Source: Methanotrichaceae archaeon (lineage in GTDB: Archaea; Halobacteriota; Methanosarcinia; Methanotrichales; Methanotrichaceae). Taken from it: 64,000 nucleotides of DNA. The stretch spans positions 416,001 to 480,000 of the forward strand of contig CAWEXU010000030.1 in assembly GCA_963813075.1 (NCBI GenBank). Direction: 5' to 3'. The notes beneath the pieces were generated by a model, which did not search any database, was not told the origin of the DNA, and saw only the letters and a program-made list of their open reading frames with translations. A program made the position numbers and the translations under genes. Positions 30,251 through 40,772 of this stretch are shown one piece after another (positions within the stretch are counted from its first letter, which is position 1; every line of letters starts with the position of its first letter).

Positions 30251-30994
30251 TTGGTGATCTCTATGATCAACAAAAAAACCCTGGCCATAATCCTGGCAGC
30301 ATTGAATCTTATGCTGCTTGGCTGTGCTTATGATTCCGCTGAGGCTCCAGGGGCAGACAATGTCTCCGCCCAGAGCGAGCCCCTGAACACCACCGGTGCC
30401 CTGAGCCTCTCAGGCCTGAATGAAATGCTTCTTTATGAGAACTCCCAATATGGAATCGGACTGTCTTACCCGGCAGACTGGATTGCCCAGGAGCCCGAGC
30501 CCAACGAAGCGGGAATAATCGTCGGCTTCATGGCCCCCGAGGAGAACATCGATGACCCGACCGTCTATCTGCTGGTGCAGAATGAGGAGCTGCCCGCTGG
30601 GGGGGAGATAACTTTAGATCAGTACAGCCAGGCGGCGCTGAGAATTCTCAAGGAATCGTTGCCCGATCTGGAAGTTCTGAAAGAGAGCAATATTACAATC
30701 GGCGAATTGCCGGGCTATGCCATAGTGTATAACCTGGAAAGCGAGAATACGACCGTTCGAGTTCTGAAAGCCTGGACGGTGGTTGGGGAGGATGCTTATG
30801 TATTCACCTATAACGCTCCCGATGAGCTATATGACCAGTTCGCTGCAGATGCAGCCGATATGATCGATTCCTTTAATGCAGTTGCATCTGTCCAGGATGT
30901 CCAAAGCGCCGGGGCCTGGGAAGAGCAGGCTGCAACAGCGACCTTGGATGAGTCAAAATCAAACGAGGAGGAAAACACCAGCATCACCTATTAA
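30251..30994 (+). CDS. PsbP/DcrB-like lipoprotein
   Basis: Lipobox-like LLGC; YEN..YGI.LSYPADW...AYVFTY...MIDSF pattern. Confidence 0.75.
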   Translation: MVISMINKKTLAIILAALNLMLLGCAYDSAEAPGADNVSAQSEPLNTTGALSLSGLNEMLLYENSQYGIGLSYPADWIAQEPEPNEAGIIVGFMAPEENIDDPTVYLLVQNEELPAGGEITLDQYSQAALRILKESLPDLEVLKESNITIGELPGYAIVYNLESENTTVRVLKAWTVVGEDAYVFTYNAPDELYDQFAADAADMIDSFNAVASVQDVQSAGAWEEQAATATLDESKSNEEENTSITY

Positions 30995-31029
30995 GAAGAC
31001 CAAGAATAGCGAAAAGGGCAATCCTATCC

Positions 31030-31090
31030 AGGGGCCAAAGGCCCCTAACGGGCATTATGGATGAGGGATCTTATGATTCTATGAGATCCC
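31030..31090. terminator. Two hairpins between convergent genes
   Basis: AGGGGCC-AAA-GGCCCCT (31030-31046) and GGGATCTTAT-GATTCT-ATGAGATCCC (31065-31090). Confidence 0.5.
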
Positions 31091-31160
31091 TTTCCCGCTT
31101 ATATGGCTTTATCTTTATACGATTTTATGATATCTATCCAATCCACAATGCCTTCTGTCC

Positions 31161-32726
31161 TTATACATCCAAAAGCCAGTCTACAGAGATCGAAGAAAAT
31201 GGATAGTCAGCTAGTATCTCTGCCCTGCTGCTTGTTTGGCAGTTGCCTTCCGTTATTGGCTGTAAGCGGGCAGATTCGATGGCTTTTTCCCTGCTTAAGG
31301 CTCTTGCTGTCAGATATATCCTTCGTCCATTGAGATCCGCCAGATCCTGAGATGCCCAAGTTTTATCCGTCACAGCTACATCCACCACCTCTGGATCATG
31401 GCATATGCGGGATCCGATCTCTGTTCCTGCGGATGAATTAAACCAGGTATATCCTTTATCGATTCTGGCGCTGGTGCTGGACAAACCCCCATCGAATTTA
31501 CGGGACCATTCATCCAGATCAATCCGCCTTCCAGCTATATCGCCGAAGTGATAAGCCCATACCAGGTTGGAACTCCTATTACAGGTACGGTACCCATCCC
31601 AGTAATTCGAGTTACTGATGGTGGCTTGTGCCCCACCAAAATAAGGCAGAGCTCCTTTCTCCTCCTGAGGAACGCCATTAGCTCCGAATCTCGCCCCGGC
31701 AGCGTCACCATCCGCCTGAATAGCTCTCTCTTCAAAAACTACTTTAGATCCCCCTAGATCCGAGGCCCCATGACTGACCCAGGTCGTCTCCAGCCATTGT
31801 TCATCCAGAAAAGCAGCACCGTTTCTGGTTCCAATGTCTCTCTGGTGCTCTAGCCAGACGGATGCATTTCCATTATATCCATCGACCTGACCATCCCTGA
31901 TATTCGTCTTTGACCGGGCCACTTCTCCATCAGGCCGGGCTGCAAACTCCGTAATGTCTATGCTCCTCCCAAAGATGTCTCCGTAGTGATTGGCCGTCGC
32001 TCCATCCCAGCGGCCGCTCCAGTAACCGCTCTCATTGTCATAGCTGTAGTAGTAACCGTCTTCTCCAATCCCGGCCGAAGCTGCTCCATAGTATGAATCA
32101 ACCCTGCCACCCGTGACGCTCATGCTGGCAAAAGCCATATCACCATCAGATTGCAAAGAGCGCTCATTTATGACGATATGATCTCCAGAAGCATGGTCAA
32201 AGATCTGCCCGGCGACACTGGCACAGGTTCCATATCCTGATCCTGCATAAGCATAATTCGAATAGCCCAGGAGGCTTGCCTCTTTTCTCTTGTCGGAGAT
32301 GGTTATGCTCGATTCCGCTGAATCTCCCTGTTGGCTGTCCGCCCTGGCGTAAGCTTTGATGCTCCCTGCATCTTCTGCATCAATGCTCTCCTCTGCAGAG
32401 GCATAATCTGATCCTTTATCCAGGAGGTAGGAGTAACTGATCCAATGGGCATTTTTTATATCGACACCGACCTCAGCCCTATCTCCTGAATCACTTTCGA
32501 TCCAGTGTCTATCCTTCAGGCTTCCGCCGGACAGCGTTATTTCATCGGACAGGGCATTCCTGGACAGGACTACCCGGGCGGAGATGGTGTCATCCTCGTC
32601 CGCACTGATATCCTGACTGAAACCTCCTGCATCATTCGAAACCGAAAGGGAGATGCAGACAGCTGAGCCCATAAAGATAAAAGCCGCAACTAGCATCACC
32701 GCAGTTACTTTTAGTTTTGATCTCAT
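31161..32726 (-). CDS. Secreted beta-rich hypothetical surface protein with internal repeats
   Basis: Signal peptide; recurring DG..A.......G.VD.Y.G.A and H.GDI.GR.ID..E units. Confidence 0.75.
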   Translation of the reverse strand: MRSKLKVTAVMLVAAFIFMGSAVCISLSVSNDAGGFSQDISADEDDTISARVVLSRNALSDEITLSGGSLKDRHWIESDSGDRAEVGVDIKNAHWISYSYLLDKGSDYASAEESIDAEDAGSIKAYARADSQQGDSAESSITISDKRKEASLLGYSNYAYAGSGYGTCASVAGQIFDHASGDHIVINERSLQSDGDMAFASMSVTGGRVDSYYGAASAGIGEDGYYYSYDNESGYWSGRWDGATANHYGDIFGRSIDITEFAARPDGEVARSKTNIRDGQVDGYNGNASVWLEHQRDIGTRNGAAFLDEQWLETTWVSHGASDLGGSKVVFEERAIQADGDAAGARFGANGVPQEEKGALPYFGGAQATISNSNYWDGYRTCNRSSNLVWAYHFGDIAGRRIDLDEWSRKFDGGLSSTSARIDKGYTWFNSSAGTEIGSRICHDPEVVDVAVTDKTWASQDLADLNGRRIYLTARALSREKAIESARLQPITEGNCQTSSRAEILADYPFSSISVDWLLDV

Positions 32727-32931
32727 AATTATACCTTTGATTGAACTGATTATTGTTTTGCCATATGTATCTATGAAGCTCTTAATCTAAATAAATTTTG
32801 GTCCTTATACCCTCTGTGTTCGGTGTCTATCGGTGTAAATTTGGAAAATGCACAATTCCCCATTCACCTCTGGATCAATACGGCATTATGCACAAAGAAT
32901 ATGGCCAGGAACTTGCAGAGTGTACGGGCAG

Positions 32932-34422
32932 ATGTCCTGGCGATCTCTCGCATTGGCGGTCATCCTGGTAGCAGCCCTGGCTGCTACCTGCAGCGCCCAG
33001 CAGTCCCTCCCCGCCCAGCAGATACTATCCCAGATTATGGCCGGCCAGCCGGTCCACTATGACGGCATTAACATAACCGGCGATCTGGATCTCTCCACCT
33101 TGCCCGAATCCCGGATCCCGGCAACAATTGCCCTGGTCAACTGCACCATTCCGGATGCCTCCTTCGAAGGCATCACCTTTGACCAGGATGCCCTCTTCTG
33201 GGGCAGCTCTTTTGGGAATGCCAGCTTCAAGAAGGCCACATTTTTGGGGCGGGTGGACTTTGTCAATGCCTCCTTCCGCCCGGTCGACTTTGCTGGCTGC
33301 ACCTTTCACCAGCCGGCCCTCTTTGACGGAGTGCTCTTTGAGAAGGATGTGAGCTTCGTGGATGCCTCCTTCGGCCTGGATGCCTTCTTCAACAATGCTC
33401 GCTTTCTGGGGAGGGCGGACTTCAACTACTCAGATTTCGATTCCTACTCCCACTTTGCAGCAGCCGAATTCTCGGGGGACGCCTTCTTCTCCGATGTTGA
33501 CCTTTCCGCCGCTTCGGACTTCTCTGCTGCCACCTTTTCAGGCGAGGCCAACTTCATCCGCTCCCGCCTGAGTGAGCCCTACTTCGGAGATGTACTATTT
33601 GCCGGCCCAGCCCAGTTCGGCCTGGCTCGCTTCTCCGGCCTCTCCTCATTCGGGGGAGCGGTCTTTGCGGATGAGGCGGGATTCGGCCTGGCAAGGTTCT
33701 CCGATGCCGCCTACTTCTCCGGTACCCATTTCCAGGACCTGGCCCTCTTCGGTCTGGCCAGGTTCGAGGATATAGTCACATTCCAGGAGGCCCGATTCGA
33801 GGGCGACCTCAACTTCAAAGCCGGGTCCATCACCTCCCTGCTCTTCGAGAAGGCCCAGCTTCTGCCGGGCTCTCGCATAATCCTCAACGACACGGAGATC
33901 AACCTCTTCCGGGCCCACTGGGATGAGATTCAAGATCACGTGGCATGGCAGCCGGGGGCGTATCTGGCCCTGGTGGAGAACTACCGCCGCCTGGGCTGGT
34001 CAAAGGATGAGGACGACTGCTACTATCAGTATCGAAGGCTGGATCAGGCTGGAAAGAGCTGGGGCTGGTCCAAGATAATCGATATTCTGGCCTGGTTCTC
34101 CTGCGGCTATGGGGTACGGCCAGGCTATGCTGTGGTCTGGTCATTGATTACCATTCTCTTCTTCGCTCTGCTCTTCTGGGTGGGAGACGGCATTCGCCGC
34201 TCGTCCAAACCCCTGAGCGGTCCGGCGGAGGAGGATAGCATCCCAGAAAGGGTGACATTGCGAAATGCCATCTTCTTCAGCACCATGATCTTCCTCTCTC
34301 AGGGTCCCATCGACTTTCTGCCCGTGAGGAGGCACAGGTACTATGTGATCCTGGAGGGGATACTGGGCTGGCTGCTCCTGGCACTGTTCCTGGTGACACT
34401 GGGCAGGGTGATGATAAGGTAG
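32932..34422 (+). CDS. Pentapeptide-repeat membrane protein, paralogue of 27338-28590
   Basis: Signal peptide, long F..A.F repeat run, DDCYYQYR, CGYGVRP and C-terminal TM helices. Confidence 0.85.
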   Translation: MSWRSLALAVILVAALAATCSAQQSLPAQQILSQIMAGQPVHYDGINITGDLDLSTLPESRIPATIALVNCTIPDASFEGITFDQDALFWGSSFGNASFKKATFLGRVDFVNASFRPVDFAGCTFHQPALFDGVLFEKDVSFVDASFGLDAFFNNARFLGRADFNYSDFDSYSHFAAAEFSGDAFFSDVDLSAASDFSAATFSGEANFIRSRLSEPYFGDVLFAGPAQFGLARFSGLSSFGGAVFADEAGFGLARFSDAAYFSGTHFQDLALFGLARFEDIVTFQEARFEGDLNFKAGSITSLLFEKAQLLPGSRIILNDTEINLFRAHWDEIQDHVAWQPGAYLALVENYRRLGWSKDEDDCYYQYRRLDQAGKSWGWSKIIDILAWFSCGYGVRPGYAVVWSLITILFFALLFWVGDGIRRSSKPLSGPAEEDSIPERVTLRNAIFFSTMIFLSQGPIDFLPVRRHRYYVILEGILGWLLLALFLVTLGRVMIR

Positions 34423-34431
34423 AGAATAGAG

Positions 34432-35017
34432 GTGATTCTGGCCGGATTCAAGATCTATGTCCATGTTGTGCAGGCCCCGGGAGGACCGGAGGAGGACCCG
34501 ACTGGAGGCTTCAAGTACAGTGGTTGGACGGTTGGCTACTGGGGTGAATTTCTTGGCGAGGTTATGGATGAACAGATGGCAGGGCCATTTGAGCTGCTGC
34601 TTGGGAGGAAGACATACGAGATTTTCGCCTCAAAGGACGCTGGAGAAGCTTGACTGGAACAATTCCGTGCTCACCAGAGGGGAGGTCGTCGAAGAGATCA
34701 ATAGACTGAAGCAGGAGGATGGGCCCCAACTGCATATCCACGGCAGCTGCAATCTCATTCAAACCCTCCTCAAGCATGACTTAATCGACGAGTTCCGCTT
34801 GAAGATATTCCCGCTCACCCTTGGCACGGGCAAAAGCCTCTTTGGCGACGGCACCATTCCTGCGGCCTTCCGACTGGTGGATAGCAGTACTTCCAGCAAA
34901 GGAGTGATAGTAGCCACTTATGAGCGCTCGGGAGAGGTCAAGACCGGGACGTTTACCCAGGATGTGCCCGCTGAAGCGGAGATTTCCCGGCGCAGAAGGC
35001 TAAAAGAGGAGCAATAA
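34432..35017 (+). pseudogene. Dihydrofolate reductase/RibD-C family pseudogene
   Basis: QAPGGPEED..GGF...GW, LLGRKTYEIFA, IHGS.NLIQTLL...LIDEFRL motifs; degenerate N-terminus, internal deletion and frameshift near 34630. Confidence 0.8.
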
Positions 35018-35019
35018 AT

Positions 35020-35925
35020 ATGCAGAAAGATATGCAGAAGATAGCACCCCATCTATGGTTTGACCGAGAGGCAAAGGAAGCGGCCCAGTTTTACACCACG
35101 GTCTTCAAGGGCTCGAGGATTAATAGCGTTGTAACTCTGCACAATACCCCGTCCGGCTCAGTGGACACGGTGGACATTGAGCTTTTCGGGCAGGAGTTCG
35201 TTTTCATCAGCGCGGGCCCGCTTTTCAAGTTCAATCCGTCGGTATCTTTTCTGGTCGCCTGTGAGACGATAGATGAGGTCGACTTATATTGGCAGAAGCT
35301 CTCCCAAGGAGGCAGGGCTCTGATGGAGTTGGGTGAATATCCTTTCAGCGAGAGATACGGGTGGATCGAAGACAGGTACGGCCTATCCTGGCAGGTGATG
35401 TTCCGGCGGGGGCAGGAGATAAGGCAGAGAATCACCCCGACGCTTATGTTCGTGGGCAATCAGTGGGGGAGGGCAGAAGAGGCGATCAACTTCTACGCTC
35501 AGGTGTTTCATGATGCTATGGTGGGGGACATCGACCGCTATGGCCAGGGCGAAGAGCCGGACAGGGCGGGGACGGTAAGGCATGCCTCTTTCGTGCTTGA
35601 GGGCCAGGAATTTGCCGCCATGGACAGCGCCCTGGCTCACAACTTTGCCTTCAATGAGGCCATTTCATTCATGGTGCACTGCGAGACGCAAGAGGAGATT
35701 GACTACTACTGGGAAAAGCTCTCTGCAGATCCTGAAGCGGAGCAGTGCGGCTGGCTGAAGGATAAATACGGGTTATCATGGCAGATTGGGCCCAGGGTAT
35801 TGGAGGAGATGCTCAAGGACGAAGATCCCAAGAGAGTGGCGCGGGTGACCGAGGCCTTTCTCAAAATGAAAAAGTTTGATATTGCGGAATTGAGGAGAGC
35901 ATATGAGGGGAAAGGAGCAAAATAG
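35020..35925 (+). CDS. Tandem VOC/PhnB (3-demethylubiquinone-9 3-methyltransferase-like) protein
   Basis: Duplicated I.P.L.F...A.EA..FY and GW..DKYG.SWQ domains. Confidence 0.92.
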   Translation: MQKDMQKIAPHLWFDREAKEAAQFYTTVFKGSRINSVVTLHNTPSGSVDTVDIELFGQEFVFISAGPLFKFNPSVSFLVACETIDEVDLYWQKLSQGGRALMELGEYPFSERYGWIEDRYGLSWQVMFRRGQEIRQRITPTLMFVGNQWGRAEEAINFYAQVFHDAMVGDIDRYGQGEEPDRAGTVRHASFVLEGQEFAAMDSALAHNFAFNEAISFMVHCETQEEIDYYWEKLSADPEAEQCGWLKDKYGLSWQIGPRVLEEMLKDEDPKRVARVTEAFLKMKKFDIAELRRAYEGKGAK

Positions 35926-36124
35926 CGTTCCGGCTGGATCAAATAATGTATGTTCTTTTTTAGGTGAAGTCCTCCATAAGAGAACCAAGGTTTCCCCCTG
36001 GTTACTTATTGCAGGTCTCCCCTCTATTCGAAGAGTTTGAATAAGAGGCCCAGATGTGATCATTGTATTCTCAACTCCAAAGCTATTTCAATAATAGGCT
36101 CATTGTGAAAGCTGGGGAAGGTTA

Positions 36125-36706
36125 TTGAGACAAGAGCAAATGATATGTTCTCTTATTTTGCTATATCTATTGGCCTTGATTGGACCATCGGCGGCAACTG
36201 GCGCTACCACAAGCAATGATTCAACCGATATACAGAAACTATGGCGTAACGATCCTCGTTTATTGGGCCGTTTCCACCCAGAGTATCCAGATGATGTGCA
36301 AGTCATTGTCCATGATGGAGGGCCCAGGATTACCGACCGCAGGCCGGAAGGTGTCTGGGTAAGAGTGATGGGATGCGACGGGGAAGTCTTCAGGGGACAG
36401 GTGCTAAATCAGCCAAATCAACTTGAGAAAGTCAAGGAAGGCGACATTATCATGTTCATTGTTCCAAAATCAGGCCTGTATCCGATTCTTGTTAGGGAAC
36501 AGTACTTGAAAGAACGCGAGAACTGGATAATTCACCCCTGCAATAAGTGTGGACTTAGTGAACTCTTTGACCCTCCCTCTGAGCTCATAAAAATTGTCTT
36601 CCCTTCTGTTTATGGTAGGGAGGACATGTTGATGGAGAAATTCACTGCGTTCTGCGGAGCATGTGGCGGCGTGTTGGTGGTGGAGAATAGGTCGAAGCAC
36701 CCTTAG
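36125..36706 (+). CDS. Hypothetical protein, signal-like N-terminus and two CxxC motifs
   Basis: EGVWVRV...G.VLNQP segment; CNKC and CGAC. Confidence 0.65.
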   Translation: MRQEQMICSLILLYLLALIGPSAATGATTSNDSTDIQKLWRNDPRLLGRFHPEYPDDVQVIVHDGGPRITDRRPEGVWVRVMGCDGEVFRGQVLNQPNQLEKVKEGDIIMFIVPKSGLYPILVREQYLKERENWIIHPCNKCGLSELFDPPSELIKIVFPSVYGREDMLMEKFTAFCGACGGVLVVENRSKHP

Positions 36707-36878
36707 AAACGTTATTCCTTTTGTATCTGACCAAGCTTCTTTCTATGGTGGCTTCAAGCGTTTTCAGTTAGAATTATGCGTTGCGTCTTGTGCCTATAAG
36801 GTCGCTTTCATCGTAGTCTTCCATCAAAGCACCTCCTGGCGTCCTTCTCTCTTCAACCTGCAATTCAAAAAAAATGGC

Positions 36879-36900
36879 TGAGAACTCCCGGGAGTTCTCA
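36879..36900 (-). terminator. Perfect 22-bp palindrome followed by a T-run on the minus strand
   Basis: TGAGAACTCCCGGGAGTTCTCA 8 bp after the stop at 36909; A-run near 36867-36874. Confidence 0.6.
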
Positions 36901-36908
36901 TAATCCAA

Positions 36909-39208
36909 TTAACAGAGACCTGTGCACCCGCACGGTCCACAGCCGCAGTTGTAGTCCAGGGTCAGCTGTCCGGTATCAGAGGCAACAGTTGCCCCATTGG
37001 CATCCTTGCATACTACAGTGTATTGGTATAATCCTGGACTCCCCCAGTTGATGCCCTCTGGCAGCACCACACTCATCTCGCTGCAAATGCCTGTGCATCC
37101 GCCTCCTGCTTTTGTCACCAGTTGCTTCAACGCCGCACTGTATTGAGGCAGGCTGTAGTTTTTACAGGAGATTTTGTTGGAGATCTCTATGCAGATTATG
37201 GGCAGGCAGATGTCCGGTGCATAGGCAACACAATCATATTCCACAATCACATTCCCCCTGGCAACCGGGCATTCAATCCATGATGGGCTGCAGTCAACCG
37301 TATAGCTGCCACCGGTTACAAATCCCGTGCCTGGATCCAAAGTTACGCCGCCAAGATCTATCACCGGTGTTTGATCGCAGGCATAGGTGCCGCTATCCAG
37401 GCAATCGGCGACGACCAGGGCCGCTAAATCCTGTTTGCTCACATCTGAATCCACAGTGATGTCTTCGGCATAGGGTACACAGGGGCATACACCCCTCTGG
37501 CAGGAACACGAGACCCGTCCAGTGCAGGTGGAGTCGCAATCCTCAATATCCCCTCCTGCATGGCAGGTGACGCTATATGTGTAGTCGTCCGCCAGCACAT
37601 AGCCGGTCGTCTGGTCTACTGGCCAATTCGGGAAGGACCACTCCGGTGTCTCATCACATTCAGCACAGACTGGAGCGTTTACCTCTCTGATAAAAGCCTC
37701 CAGTTCATCTGGATACATACATCCATCCTGCGATAAGCTGATCAGCTCGCAATTGCACTTTTTGACCACGGTTATGGTCACTGTCTCCTGGTCACACTGG
37801 CCATCAACATCGCAGAGCTGGTAGGTGAACACGTCCGTGCCGCTCCAGCCCGGGGAAGGTATGTAGCTGTATGTGCCATCCGAATCGACGACCGCCGTGC
37901 CGTGGGCAGGATTCGATAGCAAAGACCAGGTATTTCCACCATCCTCGGAGGGGTGGTCGTTGTCTGCAACGCTGGCGCTTACCGCGCTGTCCTGGCATGT
38001 GCTGGCAGTATCGCAAAAGGCATCAGGAGCGTCGTTGCACTCGATTATGATCTCCACTGTAGCAGTATCTGAATCACCATCAATATCGGTGAGAGTGTAG
38101 GTGAAGCTGTCTTGCCGCAGTAGTTCTCAGACGGGGTATAGGTGAATGTTCCATCCGGGTTGACCACTACGGTGCCGTGCTCTGGATCGGTATGCTTGGA
38201 CCAGACATTTCCGCCGTCATCGGACAGCTCATCGTTGAGCGACAGGCTGCCGCTGACCGGAGTGTCCTCGATGGTGGTGGCGGTGTCGTCATTGGCCACG
38301 GGGACGTCGTCTACGCAATCTATTGTGATCTTTACCGTAGCAGTATCGGAATCACCATCAATATCGGTGAGGGTGTAGGTGAAGCTGTCCGGACCGCAGT
38401 AGTTCTCAGACGGGGTATAGGTGAATGTTCCATCCGGGTTGACCACTACGGTGCCGTGCTCTGGATCGGTATGCTTGGACCAGACATTTCCGCCGTCATC
38501 GGACAGCTCATCGTTGAGCGACAGGCTGCCGCTGACCGGAGTGTCCTCGATGGTGGTGGCGGTGTCGTCATTTGCCAGGGGACGATCATCGGCACAATCG
38601 ATAAGGGTGAGCTGTCCACAATAGTTTGCACATCCCCGGCATTTTATGCAGAAGGGATATGTTCCCGCTATTGGATTGCCATCCTTATCCAGATCGATCT
38701 TACCAAGATCAATGGTTGGGGTTAGGTCTCCGCATCCATAGCAGCCTGCACCACTCTCCAGCAGAATATCTCTGATCTCATCCGCGGTGACAGGCAGACA
38801 GATAGGGTCCATGATCGGGATATTGGGTCGGCATGAGCACGAGACCTTGAACTTGGTCGTCGCCGGATATCTCGACTGACACTGACCATTGGTGGCATTA
38901 TACCTGAATTGCACAGAGGTGCCCTGCTGAATATTCGGGGATGGCGAATAGACGAAGGAGCCGTTTGCAGCTACTTTTATCGATCCGTATTTGGGATCGA
39001 CGGTTATCAGTTCAGGATCCAGGACTGCAATGGCCTGGGGATCATTTGCCAAAATGCCCTTGCTTTCAGGAACCTCTTTTATCACTCCACATTGAGCGAT
39101 ATAATTCTCACCCCGAATAAACCAGGGACAGGTTGCTGATGACATCGACACCATCGAAGTCAATAACAACGCCAGGACAATAATGCCCTTGAGCGATCTA
39201 ATTTCCAT
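36909..39208 (-). CDS. Large secreted Cys-rich protein with tandem Ig-like (Big_9/cadherin-like) repeats; frameshift near 38111
   Basis: P.ANDD...EDTPV...ND...P.HGTV....DGTFTYTP...GPDSFTY repeats; comparing the two repeat copies shows the 1-bp loss. Confidence 0.88.
38059..38573. repeat. Near-identical tandem duplication, period 279 bp (93 aa Ig repeat)
   Basis: CCGCAGTAGTTCTCAG at 38115 and 38394, with long identical runs. Confidence 0.92.
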
Positions 39209-39446
39209 AAGTCGTTGCCTCCATTATGTTCTTGCCTCCATATTAATTTACGCCGCCATTATCTCACTACAGATATAAGAAGAGACGAATTGTTGATGCT
39301 AATGCGAATTAAGAGCTTTAATAAGCAATCTAAGATAAGCGGCGATGAATGGCTGGTAAATTGTTTTATCAGAAAATTATTATACAGAAATCGTGTCCAA
39401 GCATTATTGATAAAAATATGTTTCATAGATGACTGCATACCACATA

Positions 39447-40190
39447 TCAACGAGATTTAATGGGGGCGAGGCAGTACATGGCCCAGCCCATATATTGGCG
39501 CTGGAACTGTAAATAATCATCCTGGTCAGTGCGGAAATGCTCGAATACCTGTTCATAGTCGGTGTGGGTGGGATTTTCTTCCAGCCAACGTATCAGTCCA
39601 TACCAGCCATCCGAGATGTACCTGTCCCAGTCGTCGCCGCTGGCACGAATGATGTATTCGAGTTCCAAGCCTTCATCCCGAGCAAATTGAGTTAGTTCTG
39701 TTTCGGTATGGGTAGTTGTCTGCATTTGGGCGTATGCCGGATGTACCTGATTATTAAGCCAGTGGGTTTCACCGATAGCAAGGCGTCCATTCTGGTGAAC
39801 TGCTCGCTTCAGTACCTGGAGTGTCTGCTGGCAGCCGCCAAAGATAAACGTTGACCCAATACATGTTGCGGCATCGAAAGCCCCTTCTTCGAATATGTAA
39901 TCCGCCCCATTGGAGCAAACGATTTCAATTCGGTCCGATAAACCCCTTGAAGCCAGTTTTTGCCTGGCCCGGTTGCAGAAATCCGCGGATATATCTATTC
40001 CAATACCAGTAATACCGAATTCCTCCGCCCAGAGAGTAAGGGGTTCGGCACAACCACAACCGAAGTCAATGACCCGTTTTCCTTTTTCTAATTTGAGCAA
40101 TTTGCCTAGTTTTATGATCTTTTCCGGCGTGGAAGGGTTTAGTATATCCATGTAGCGGTGTGAGATGCTCATAATATCAAGGAATTCCAT
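39447..40190 (-). CDS. Class I SAM-dependent methyltransferase (YjhP-like)
   Basis: VIDFGCG, GIDIS, FDAATCIGST and ASGDDWDRY motifs. Confidence 0.88.
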   Translation of the reverse strand: MEFLDIMSISHRYMDILNPSTPEKIIKLGKLLKLEKGKRVIDFGCGCAEPLTLWAEEFGITGIGIDISADFCNRARQKLASRGLSDRIEIVCSNGADYIFEEGAFDAATCIGSTFIFGGCQQTLQVLKRAVHQNGRLAIGETHWLNNQVHPAYAQMQTTTHTETELTQFARDEGLELEYIIRASGDDWDRYISDGWYGLIRWLEENPTHTDYEQVFEHFRTDQDDYLQFQRQYMGWAMYCLAPIKSR

Positions 40191-40397
40191 AATCTAAGCC
40201 TCCTTTTTGGAAAAGGTAACTTGATTATTGATTAATAAAGATGATGGGAAACCTATTGCTCATCTCGTTGATACGCCCTATCAGAGGCTACCACCTAGCT
40301 ACATAGCACTTCATGCTGCAAGCATATGGAACGGCATATACGAGTGCGGTGATTGTGGCATCATATTGGAGATGAGAGCGCAAACCGACTTTGCCAC

Positions 40398-40772
40398 TCA
40401 CTCCAGTATTTTCCAGAAAGAATCCTTGCGGATGATCTTTCCATCAACGAACTCAAGCAGGTCAACTCCCCGTACCTCGATCTCTTGCCCCGATGCACTT
40501 GTGCCGGTAAGCGTCCACTCGGAGACTCCCAGGCGGCCACAGACCCAGTGCTGGTCGTCCCCATAATGCACATCCGGTATGCCCTCAAATCGTTTTGCTA
40601 AACCTGCCCGGACCTCTTTTTTCCCAACATATCGATCGCCACGGGGCTTAGCCCCTCTTGGCATGTAGAAGACACAATCATCTGCGAAATAATCCATAAT
40701 GGAATCGAGGTCGTGGCGGTTGAATGCTTCTAAGAAGCCTTTCAGCAATTCAGCGGTTATTTGTCCTGACAT
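40398..40772 (-). CDS. SnoaL/NTF2-like protein
   Basis: AFNRHDLD.IM.YFADDC...GIPDVHY...SEW...KDSFWK. Confidence 0.88.
   Translation of the reverse strand: MSGQITAELLKGFLEAFNRHDLDSIMDYFADDCVFYMPRGAKPRGDRYVGKKEVRAGLAKRFEGIPDVHYGDDQHWVCGRLGVSEWTLTGTSASGQEIEVRGVDLLEFVDGKIIRKDSFWKILE

Noticed and set aside
35926..35945. GTTCCGGCTGGATC as a possible att copy of the tRNA-Glu 3' end
   Set aside because: Only a short, mismatched resemblance to TGCTCCGGTTGGGATTTG; no integrase nearby.
36720..36840. SD plus ATG on the minus strand (MEDYDESDLIGTRRNA*)
   Set aside because: Sixteen codons followed by stops; probably an unidentifiable gene remnant.
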